A stretch of 64,000 bases of DNA from Myxococcales bacterium (GTDB taxonomy: Bacteria > Myxococcota_A > UBA9042 > JABWCM01 > BTVJ01), in assembly GCA_045863395.1 (NCBI GenBank), contig BTVJ01000028.1, positions 1-64,000 on the forward strand, given 5' to 3'. A program made the translations under genes and the position numbers. Positions 38,377 to 46,833 of the stretch are shown here, piece by piece; position 1 is the first letter of the stretch, and each line of letters opens with the position of its first letter. The notes beneath the pieces are model-generated. The model ran no database searches, was not told the DNA's origin, and saw only the letters and a program-made list of their open reading frames with translations.

Positions 38377-39858
38377 GTGTGGTTCCTCGTCGCCGCCCTG
38401 CTCGCGGTCGTCACGGCCTGGGTCCTGCTGCGGCGCCGCCCCCCTTCCCACATCCCATCCAGCCTTGGCGCCCGCGGCGCCCGGGTCGGCTCCCTGGTCG
38501 GGCGCTCCCTCGTACGCAAGGCGTGGCTGCGGCTCCGCCAGGTCGTGGCCACGCGGGACCACCGGCGGCGCCTGGAGCAGCAGCACCACCTGCACAGCGC
38601 CCAGGAGGCGGCCCAGGTCCTCGGGCAGATGAAGGGGGTCTTCATGAAGCTCGGGCAGGTGGTGTCCTTCGCCAACGACGCCCTGCCAGCGGAGGCCCAG
38701 GCCGCGCTCCGGCCCCTCCAGCAGGGGGCGCCGCCCATGGACTTTGCGCTCGCCCGGGGGGTCATCGAGGAGGAGCTCGGCGACCTGGGGCGCCACTTCA
38801 AGAGCGTCGAGGAGGAACCCATCGCCGCGGCGTCCATCGGGCAGGTGCACCGGGCGCGGCTCCTCGACGGCACCCGTGTGGTGCTCAAGGTCCAGTACCC
38901 CGGGGTGGCCGCGGCCATGGAGTCGGACCTCGGCATGACGGCGGGCCTCGCCGCCATGGTGGGCGCCGTCGCCCGCAACCTGGACGCGAAGAGCGTCGTC
39001 GCGGAGCTGGCGGCGCGCATGCGGGAGGAGCTGGACTACGGACGAGAGCTCAAGAACCAGGCGCTCTTCGCCCGCATCTGGGAGGGGCACCCGCTGATCC
39101 GCGTCCCCCGGGTCTACCCCGCCCACTCCGGTCGCCGCGTGCTGTGCCAGGAGTACGCACGGGGCCTCGGGTTCTACGACTTCCTGGAGCAGTCCACGGA
39201 GCGGGAGCGGCGCCTCGCCGTCTATGTGCTCCACGACTTCGTGTTCGACTCCATGTTCATGCACCGGGTCTTCAACGGCGACCCCCACCCGGGCAACTAC
39301 CTGTTCCAGGAAGATGGAGGCGTCACCTTCCTCGACTTCGGGTGCGTGAAGCGCTTCTCGTCGGCGTTCGTGCGAGAGCTCCAGACCCTGAGCCGCAGCA
39401 TCTGCGAGGAGGACCGGGGAGCCTTCGATGCCGTGGTCAAGCGGCTCCAAATAGTGCTTCCCGGGCGCCCCTACGACAGCGACCTGATGTGGCGGTTCTT
39501 CGGCTATCACGCGGCGCCGTTTGCCCGTGACGAGCCCTTCGCGTTCACCGCGGAGTGGATCGCCGAGGCGCGCGCGGTCATGGAGCAGAAAACCCTCCAG
39601 CAGATGAACCTGCCGCCGGACATCCTGTTCTTCAACCGCATCACGTTCGGGCTCAACGCGATCTTCCACAAGCTCGGCGCCGCGGACAACTTCCACCGCC
39701 TCTACAGGCGGTACATGTATGAGGATGAGCAGAGCCCGCCGGCGGTCGCCCGGGCGGGTGTCCCGCTGCCCGACCGCTTCCTGGCCGTGCGCGGCCCCGA
39801 GGAGGCGTGGTATGGTGACGCGGGCGAGGCACAGCCCCCCAAAGGAGACGCTCCATGA
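38377..39858 (+). CDS. ABC1/AarF/UbiB family atypical kinase
   Basis: MKG..MKLGQ, IAAASIGQVH, VLKVQYPG, EELDY..E, GDPHPGNY, LDFG. Confidence 0.92.
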   Translation: MWFLVAALLAVVTAWVLLRRRPPSHIPSSLGARGARVGSLVGRSLVRKAWLRLRQVVATRDHRRRLEQQHHLHSAQEAAQVLGQMKGVFMKLGQVVSFANDALPAEAQAALRPLQQGAPPMDFALARGVIEEELGDLGRHFKSVEEEPIAAASIGQVHRARLLDGTRVVLKVQYPGVAAAMESDLGMTAGLAAMVGAVARNLDAKSVVAELAARMREELDYGRELKNQALFARIWEGHPLIRVPRVYPAHSGRRVLCQEYARGLGFYDFLEQSTERERRLAVYVLHDFVFDSMFMHRVFNGDPHPGNYLFQEDGGVTFLDFGCVKRFSSAFVRELQTLSRSICEEDRGAFDAVVKRLQIVLPGRPYDSDLMWRFFGYHAAPFARDEPFAFTAEWIAEARAVMEQKTLQQMNLPPDILFFNRITFGLNAIFHKLGAADNFHRLYRRYMYEDEQSPPAVARAGVPLPDRFLAVRGPEEAWYGDAGEAQPPKGDAP

Positions 39859-40793
39859 CAGTCACCCTCAACGTGGTCACCGGCATCCTCGGCTCGGGCA
39901 AGACCACGGCGCTCCTGCACCTGCTCGACGCGCCGGGCCTGACCCACAAGCCGGCGGTGGTGGTCGGTGAGTACGCGGAGGAGGGCCTGGACGGGGCGCT
40001 CCTCGCAGCCTGCGGGGCCACCGTGCGGCAGATCACGCAGACGGGGCTGGGGTCGAGCGCGCGCTCCTACGTGGACCCGGTGCGGGAGCTGGTCGAGGAC
40101 CGGGAGCACGCCCGCATCTTCCTCGAGACGAGCGGCGTGACGGAGGTCGGGCGCATCGCCCGGGAGCTGCTCTCCGAGGACCTGGGTGGCGAGGTGCGCT
40201 TCGGGCCGACGGTCACGGTCCTCGATGCAGGGGCGTTCCAGATTCACGACCGCCACTTCGGGGCGCAGCTCTGGGCCCAGGTGGGGGTCGCCGACGTGGT
40301 CATCATCAACAAGACGGACAAAGCGCACCCGGGGGACCTGGAGGTCATCCGGGGCCGCGTGTTGGAGCAGAACCCCGCCGCGCGCGTGCTCTTCGCCTAC
40401 ATGGGCCAGGTGCGGCGCGCGGAGGTCCTCGGCTCCCAATCAGAGGACTTCCGCCCCCGCCTCCTCGACCCCACCCGCGGCGACGCAGAGGTCGCGCCCT
40501 TCGAGAGCTTCGTCTATCGCAACAAGCGGGTCTGCTTCGACCGGGTGATGTTCGGGCACAAGCTGCTGAACCTGCCCGGCGGACACATCGCGCGCTTCAA
40601 GGGGGTGCTGCGAGGGTGGGACAGGAGCTACGTGATCAACGGGCTCCCCGGGCAGCTCGACTGGGACCCCACTCCCGCGGAGGGTCGCACTCGCATCGCC
40701 TTCATCGGGCTCGGGCTGCTGGCGCGCCAGCCAGAGATCACGGCCCGGCTCGACGCCGAGCTGCTGGCCCAGCAGGACGACGGGCGCCGCTAG
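39855..40793 (+). CDS. COG0523/CobW-like G3E P-loop GTPase
   Basis: TGILGSGKTT, ETSG, VTVLD, Q..ADV.IINKTD, CobW_C-like RFKG and IAFIG; the CxCC motif is absent; ATGA-coupled to ABC1. Confidence 0.82.
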   Translation: MTVTLNVVTGILGSGKTTALLHLLDAPGLTHKPAVVVGEYAEEGLDGALLAACGATVRQITQTGLGSSARSYVDPVRELVEDREHARIFLETSGVTEVGRIARELLSEDLGGEVRFGPTVTVLDAGAFQIHDRHFGAQLWAQVGVADVVIINKTDKAHPGDLEVIRGRVLEQNPAARVLFAYMGQVRRAEVLGSQSEDFRPRLLDPTRGDAEVAPFESFVYRNKRVCFDRVMFGHKLLNLPGGHIARFKGVLRGWDRSYVINGLPGQLDWDPTPAEGRTRIAFIGLGLLARQPEITARLDAELLAQQDDGRR

Positions 40794-40799
40794 CGGTCG

Positions 40800-40828
40800 T
40801 TGCACCCCGCGCCACATCGATCCACAAT
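40800..40828 (+). promoter_or_regulatory. Candidate sigma-70-type promoter for pfp (TTGCAC-N17-CACAAT)
   Basis: Correct spacing, about 65 nt upstream of the ATG; by-eye match only. Confidence 0.35.
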
Positions 40829-40894
40829 GGCGCCCGCCTCAGCCTGAGGCATGGCACAGCGGCGCCCAACGCACGTGCGCCGGACGGAGGACAC

Positions 40895-42259
40895 ATGAAG
40901 TCAAGGAAGCGCCTCGGGATCCTCGTCGGGGGCGGCCCCGCCCCGGGCATCAACAGCGTCATCGGCGCGGCGACCATCCGCAGCGTCCTCGAGGGCGTCG
41001 AGGTCATCGGCATCCGCGACGGGTTCCAGTGGCTCCAGGCCGGCGACATCGACCACGTCGTGCCGCTGTCCATCGAGGCGGTGAGCCGCATCCACTTCCG
41101 CGGCGGCTCCTATCTGGGCATCAGCCGGGCGAACCCGACCAAGGACCCGCAGCTCCTGGAGAACACGGTCATCTCGCTCTTGCGCCTCAACGTGTCGCAG
41201 CTCATCACCATTGGCGGCGACGACACCTGCTTCTCGGCCATGCGCCTGGAGGAGAAGTCCGCCGGGCGCATCCGCGTCGTGCATGTGCCCAAGACCATCG
41301 ACAATGACCTCCCGCTCCCAGGACAGATCGACACCTTCGGGTTTCAGACCGCCCGACACATCGGCGTCGAGATCGTGAAGAACCTGATGGTGGACGCCCA
41401 CACCACGTCGCGCTGGTACTTCGTGATCTCCATGGGCCGCAAGGCGGGGCACCTGGCCCTGGGCATCGGCAAGGCGGCCGGCGCGACGTTGACCCTCATC
41501 CCCGAGGAGTTCAACGAGCCCATTCGCCTCAAGACCATCGTCGACACGCTGGTGGGGGCCATCCTGAAGCGGCTGGCCTACGGGCGCAAGGACGGCGTCG
41601 CGGTCATCGCCGAGGGCGTGGTGCTCGGCATCCACCCCGACGACATGAAGGAGCTGGAGCACGTCGAGCGCGACTCCCACGGCCACCTTCGCATCGCCGA
41701 CGTGGACCTCGGTGAGATCCTGAAGAAGGAGGTCAACAAGCGCCTCGCCGAGTTCGGCATCAAGAACAACATCGTGGCCAAGAACATCGGCTACGAGCTG
41801 CGGTGCGCGGACCCGGTGCCCTTCGACATGGAGTACTGCCGCGACCTGGGCTACTGCGCCGCCAAGTACCTGCTCACGGGCGGGAACGCCGCCATGATCT
41901 CCATGCAGGCGGGGAAGTTCGTGCCCATCCCGTTCGCGGAGATCCTCAACCCGGAGACGGGTCGCGCCAAAGTGCGCCTCGTGGACATCGAGTCCACCCG
42001 CTATGCCATCGCCCGCCGCTACATGATCCGGCTCCGGAGGGACGACTTCGAGGACCCGCACGAGTTGGCCAAGTTCGCCGCGGTCGCCAAGATGAACCTG
42101 CAGCACTTCCGGGAGCAGTTCGAGCCGCTCGTTGCGACCGAGCCGCCGCCACTGCGGTTGGACCCGCTGGCGTCTGCCACGGTGGCGCTCAACGCCGCGA
42201 CGCCGGACGGCACGGAGGAGCCGGACCCGCCCGAGGAGAAGGCACGACGGCGCAAGTAG
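40895..42259 (+). CDS. pfp: Pyrophosphate-dependent phosphofructokinase (diphosphate-fructose-6-phosphate 1-phosphotransferase)
   Basis: GGGPAPGIN; GGDDT (the Asp marks PPi specificity); PKTIDND; MGR; LIPE; GYELR; GGAGG RBS. Confidence 0.92.
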   Translation: MKSRKRLGILVGGGPAPGINSVIGAATIRSVLEGVEVIGIRDGFQWLQAGDIDHVVPLSIEAVSRIHFRGGSYLGISRANPTKDPQLLENTVISLLRLNVSQLITIGGDDTCFSAMRLEEKSAGRIRVVHVPKTIDNDLPLPGQIDTFGFQTARHIGVEIVKNLMVDAHTTSRWYFVISMGRKAGHLALGIGKAAGATLTLIPEEFNEPIRLKTIVDTLVGAILKRLAYGRKDGVAVIAEGVVLGIHPDDMKELEHVERDSHGHLRIADVDLGEILKKEVNKRLAEFGIKNNIVAKNIGYELRCADPVPFDMEYCRDLGYCAAKYLLTGGNAAMISMQAGKFVPIPFAEILNPETGRAKVRLVDIESTRYAIARRYMIRLRRDDFEDPHELAKFAAVAKMNLQHFREQFEPLVATEPPPLRLDPLASATVALNAATPDGTEEPDPPEEKARRRK

Positions 42260-42353
42260 CAGCGCGCAGAGACCAGGCCCCGAGCCTCTTGGGGACGAGA
42301 CCCGATCCCTCGAGGGGCGAGGTGGCCGGGCGGGCACCGCGCCCCTCCCCGCG

Positions 42354-45300
42354 TCAGTCCTTGATGCAGATGATGCCCGCGAAGTTGGCGATGGTGGTGG
42401 CGGACTGCACCTGGTAGTTGTCGTTCTGCCCCGCGTCCTTGTAGGCGTTGGTGCTGAACGAGTCCGAGAAGCGGAAGTACTGTCGCGTCATGGTGATGGG
42501 CTGGCGATTGCCGGCTCCGCAGCACACCCCGTCCTTGCAGTGGTTGCTCGACGTGCCCGGGAGCATGCCCGACGGCGCGCCCGAGAACACGTTGGGCGAG
42601 GTGTAGCACCCGCCCAGGTGCTGATCGTTCCTCCACCACACCTCGTCGATGCCGTCGCACGCTCCGATGACCGCGGCCGTACCGCCCGCGGCGCAGGTGA
42701 CGCCCGAGATGTTGTCGCAGTCGGTGCAGCCGCGCGCGAAGTCGCCGGGGGACAGCGCCAGGAGCCCCGTCGAAGGGGTCGGCGCCCGGAAGCCGCTGCC
42801 GCAGCCGGGGTTCGCCCACGACGAGCAGCCCAGCGGCCAGGTGGGGTTCCACGTCAAAGCTGACCACCCGCACTGGTTCGTGTAGACCGTCGCTCCGGCG
42901 GTCGCGCCGCCCGTGGGGAAGAGGGCCTGGCCCTCCGACGTGGACGCCCAGTGGTATCCCGAGGGGCAGGCATAGGTGCGCGCCTTGTCCCAGACGTTGT
43001 ACTTGGAGACTGCATAGTACACGGTCGGGTCAGAGGCGCTCTGCCGGAAGCCGCCGCAGTTGTCCGTGGTCTCCATCCACGCAAGCGGATCCGGCGGGCC
43101 GTCCTTCATGCACACGATCCCGGCAAAGTTGGTCGTGGCCGCCTGGACCTCCGTCTGGAACTCCTCGCTGTCGGACGCGTCCTTCGCCCGGTTCATGGCA
43201 GCCCCCGACGCCGCGTTGGAGTCGGCGAAGCGGAACCAGCGTCGATCCAAGCCGTGCCAGTGCCTGCCGATCCACGTGAGACCGTCCGCCGAGACTCCGT
43301 CCCACCCACACTGACCGGTGTACACGCGCTGGTAGATCGTCGTGCTCGTCGACTTGAAGATATCCGCAGCCTCCGCATAGGTCATCCAGTGGAACCCCGA
43401 CGGACACTGGTAATTGAACGTCTTGTCCCAGACGTTCTTCTTCGCCACCGCGTAGTAGACGCGCGGATCCCAGAGGGACTGTCTGAAGCCCCCGCAGTTG
43501 TCGGTGCGGTCCATCCAGTCGAGGGGATCCGTCGGTGCCGTGTTGGCGATGCAGACGATACCCGCGAAGTTGGCCGCGCCCGTCACCGTATTGGAGATTC
43601 GGGGCTCCCCGTGGTTTGCGTCTACCGAGGCGTTGGGGGTGAGGCCTGTCGTGGGGTGCGAGGTCGCGAACCGGAAGTACCGGCGGTTTCTGCCGTGCCA
43701 CGTGGACCCGGTCCACCCGCACTGCCCGTTGTACTTGTAGTAGGGGATGGGCGAGGTCGTGTCCGACGCGACGTTCAGGATGGCGTCCGCCTCGGCCTTC
43801 GTCGCCCAATGATAGCCGGTCGGGCACTGGTAGGGGAAGTCCGGCTTCCAGATGTTCTGGCGCGACACGGCGTAGCGGATGCGGGAGTCCCAGCCAGACT
43901 GGCGGAAGCCCTTGCAGTCGTCGTCCGTCTGCATCCAGTCCGTCGTGCCCGGCTTCGGGTACGGGTCCGCGCCGTCCTTCTTGCACACGATGCCGGCGAA
44001 GTTGGCCGTGCTCGTGTCCGTGGCGCCCTTGTAGATGTCGTAGTTGTTGGACCGGATGGTGCGGTTGTTGGTCTTGGAGTCCGCGAAGCGGAAGAAGTAC
44101 CGGTTGAGCCCCTTCCAGACGTAGCCATTCCAGCCGCACTGGTTGTAGTAGACTCGCTGGTCGACGGTCGCGGCGTCCGCGGTGAAGGCCGCGTCATACT
44201 CCGCCGTGGTGGCCCAGTGGTAGCCCGCCGGGCACTGGTAGGTGAAATCCTTGTTCCACACGTTCTTCTTGGACACGGCGTAGTAGAAGCGCGGATCCCA
44301 GGTGCTCTGCCGGAAGCCTCCGCAGGCGTCGCTCTGGTCCATCCACGACAGCGGGTCGTTGGTCCACGAGTCGTCGATGCACACCAGACCGGCGAAGTTG
44401 TTGAGCGACGCGGCGGTGAACGAGGCGTCCTTTGCCGGCACGACCGCGTCTCCGCCGCTGGCGTCCTTGTAGTAGAGGGTTGTCGTCCCCTGGAGAGAGT
44501 CTGAGAAGCGGAAGTACCGTCTGGTCACATTCTGGAACACGAGGGCCGCCCACCCGCACTGACCGGAGTATGTCAGCGAGCCGCCGGTCCCGTTGAGCAG
44601 CGCCTGGCCCTCTGCGGTCGTCGCCCAGTGGTAGCCGTCGGGGCACTGGTAGTCGATGGTGGAGTCGTAGAGGCTCTTGCGCGAGACCGCGTAGTAGACC
44701 TGGGCAGCCCAGGTGCTGTTTCGGAGGCCCTGGCAGTCGTCCTCATCGAGCATCCAGTCCGTCGGCGCCATGGGGGCGTCCTGGGCGCACACGATGCCCG
44801 CGAACTGATCGGTGCCGGCGTAGACCTCGATGGGGGCACCGTCCAGGTCGGCGGTGTCCTTGGTCTTGTTGCCGTTGGTCACCGAGTCCTTGAAGCGGAA
44901 CCAGCGGCGGACCTTGCCGTTCCACGTCGTGGTCGTCCACCCACACTGGCCGGTGTACGTGCCCACGGCGCCCACGTTGGTCGCGTACAGCCATGGAGAG
45001 ACCTCGTCCACCGTGGCCCAGTGCCACCCCGGCGGGCAGGTGTACTCGAAGTCCTTGTCCCAGATGTTGCTCTTGCCCACGGCGTACCGGATGCGCGTGT
45101 CCCACGAGCTGCGCCGGAAGCCGCCGCAGTTGTCCGTCGTGTCCATCCAGTCCGGGAGGATCCCGTCACCGCACCCCTTGGCGTCCTCGATCTCCATGCC
45201 GCCCAGGTACTCGCAGCGCCCCACGCTCTCGTCGAACACCCAGGATCCACCGACGAGTCGATTCAGCGAGTTGAGGTCCCGCTCATGGGTGCCGGCCAGG

Positions 45301-46658
45301 TACACGTTCTTCTTGCACACGTTGGTGGAGATGGCCGCGTTGCACATGGCCTCCTGGATGGCAGGCCACTCCGAGAGGTCCGTATTGATGGCGTCCACCT
45401 GTTCCTTGGTCGCGAAGTAGGTCGGGGGAAACCCACCCAGGGTCTCCGCGTCCGTGGAGTCCCACACCGGAGAGTAGTGGTGGCCGTCCACCGTGTCCGC
45501 GTCCTGGGCGTAGTTGACGGTGATGTCGTCGGGGATCTGGGCGTCCGTCGCCGCGCCCGACAGCTCGGCGAAGCTGGTTGCGCCGGTGGCTACGGTCCCG
45601 CACGCCCACTTGGTGCCGTCGTACTTGAGGAGCTGCCCCGAGGCGCAGGACATGGCCAGGCTGATCTCGTTGGACCCGCTGATGACGAGGCCCCCATTGG
45701 CGCCTGCGGTGTAGGTGCCCCCCGTCGGCGAGCACGTCACCGACCCGTCGGCGTTGACCACGCGGATGGCGTTGCCCGCCGTGCACCCGGTGCCGATGCG
45801 CCGCTGGAGGTAGGCCGTGTCCGCCGAGAACACGCCGCCCGCCAGGCCCAGGCCCGTGCCGGCCGCGTAGAGGGTGTCGTTGTCCACGCCGTCGGCGAAG
45901 CCCGCCGGGATGCCGGTGATGCCGGACCACGGGACCCCGCTGATGGTGCCGGAGATGGTGCCGGTCACCGTCAGGTTGCCCACCACGTTCACGTTGCCGT
46001 TGGCGGTGATGGGGCCGGTCTCGAGCGGTGCCCACGCCGTGTTGCCCGCGTTCCTGACCTTGAGGCCCGTCGATGCCTGCACGGAGACGGCCGTGCCGTC
46101 CGCCGCGACCGTCGCCGTGCTGTTGAGCCGCACGGAGCAGGCGCCGGCGCCCCCGTCGCAGAGGATCAGCGACTTCTCGACCTTGAGATCGCCGGGCGCC
46201 CGGAGGTCCGATGCCAGGCTCGCCGAGTCCACGCACCCGGAGCAGGCCAGGTCCGCGGCGACCGCGGCCGTGTCGGCGCTGCGGGAGTGGAAGGCCCACG
46301 CGGAGGGGAGGATGCGGCGCCGGGGGAGCGGCGCGTCCGTTCCAACCTTCGTCTCCAGCCACAGGGAAGAGTTGTCCTTGAACAGCGCCTCGGGGAGGCC
46401 ATCGAGGACCGCGTCGTAGACGCCCGCGTCCACCGCGACGCTCAGCGTCTTGGTCCAGAGCGCGGTGCCGCCCACCTGGCTCGCGAAGATGCCGATCACC
46501 ATGCTGTACGACCCCGTCACCGGGACGCCAGAGGACGAGGTGATGTACCCCTGGATCTGCATGTCGGGTGGCACGGCGGCGCGGACCGGCGAGGTAACGA
46601 GCGCGAGGGTGAAGACGGTGGCTGAAAGGGCCAGAAGATAGGGGCGTACAGGGCGCAT
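42354..46658 (-). CDS. Large secreted fibre-like protein with six tandem ~130-aa lectin-like repeats
   Basis: AGGAGG RBS; signal peptide; N-terminal domain shared with 23196..26399; six WM...C.G.R.S...YAV...CP.G.HW.[TS]..E...QCGW...FRF..S...FAG[IL][VI]C units. Confidence 0.85.
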   Translation of the reverse strand: MRPVRPYLLALSATVFTLALVTSPVRAAVPPDMQIQGYITSSSGVPVTGSYSMVIGIFASQVGGTALWTKTLSVAVDAGVYDAVLDGLPEALFKDNSSLWLETKVGTDAPLPRRRILPSAWAFHSRSADTAAVAADLACSGCVDSASLASDLRAPGDLKVEKSLILCDGGAGACSVRLNSTATVAADGTAVSVQASTGLKVRNAGNTAWAPLETGPITANGNVNVVGNLTVTGTISGTISGVPWSGITGIPAGFADGVDNDTLYAAGTGLGLAGGVFSADTAYLQRRIGTGCTAGNAIRVVNADGSVTCSPTGGTYTAGANGGLVISGSNEISLAMSCASGQLLKYDGTKWACGTVATGATSFAELSGAATDAQIPDDITVNYAQDADTVDGHHYSPVWDSTDAETLGGFPPTYFATKEQVDAINTDLSEWPAIQEAMCNAAISTNVCKKNVYLAGTHERDLNSLNRLVGGSWVFDESVGRCEYLGGMEIEDAKGCGDGILPDWMDTTDNCGGFRRSSWDTRIRYAVGKSNIWDKDFEYTCPPGWHWATVDEVSPWLYATNVGAVGTYTGQCGWTTTTWNGKVRRWFRFKDSVTNGNKTKDTADLDGAPIEVYAGTDQFAGIVCAQDAPMAPTDWMLDEDDCQGLRNSTWAAQVYYAVSRKSLYDSTIDYQCPDGYHWATTAEGQALLNGTGGSLTYSGQCGWAALVFQNVTRRYFRFSDSLQGTTTLYYKDASGGDAVVPAKDASFTAASLNNFAGLVCIDDSWTNDPLSWMDQSDACGGFRQSTWDPRFYYAVSKKNVWNKDFTYQCPAGYHWATTAEYDAAFTADAATVDQRVYYNQCGWNGYVWKGLNRYFFRFADSKTNNRTIRSNNYDIYKGATDTSTANFAGIVCKKDGADPYPKPGTTDWMQTDDDCKGFRQSGWDSRIRYAVSRQNIWKPDFPYQCPTGYHWATKAEADAILNVASDTTSPIPYYKYNGQCGWTGSTWHGRNRRYFRFATSHPTTGLTPNASVDANHGEPRISNTVTGAANFAGIVCIANTAPTDPLDWMDRTDNCGGFRQSLWDPRVYYAVAKKNVWDKTFNYQCPSGFHWMTYAEAADIFKSTSTTIYQRVYTGQCGWDGVSADGLTWIGRHWHGLDRRWFRFADSNAASGAAMNRAKDASDSEEFQTEVQAATTNFAGIVCMKDGPPDPLAWMETTDNCGGFRQSASDPTVYYAVSKYNVWDKARTYACPSGYHWASTSEGQALFPTGGATAGATVYTNQCGWSALTWNPTWPLGCSSWANPGCGSGFRAPTPSTGLLALSPGDFARGCTDCDNISGVTCAAGGTAAVIGACDGIDEVWWRNDQHLGGCYTSPNVFSGAPSGMLPGTSSNHCKDGVCCGAGNRQPITMTRQYFRFSDSFSTNAYKDAGQNDNYQVQSATTIANFAGIICIKD

Positions 46659-46833
46659 GTGCTCCTCCTGTTGGCTGCCAGGATGCGAGCGGTCGGATGC
46701 CGCAGCGCCTCGACGGCGGAGTCTGGGTCGACCGGGTGTGTACGAGCCGCATTGTGCCGCCGCATGACGCGCTGCGCAACCCATTTCGGCGCAAAGCGGC
46801 GCCAATGCTCGCCGGCGCGGGCGTCGCCCGAAC

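Noticed and set aside
42260..42353. Intrinsic terminator between convergent genes
   Set aside because: GC-rich stems are possible but there is no U-tract on either strand.
46790..46805. Sigma-54 promoter on the minus strand (TGGCGC-CGCT-TTGC)
   Set aside because: GG-to-GC spacing is one base short of the strict -24/-12 requirement.
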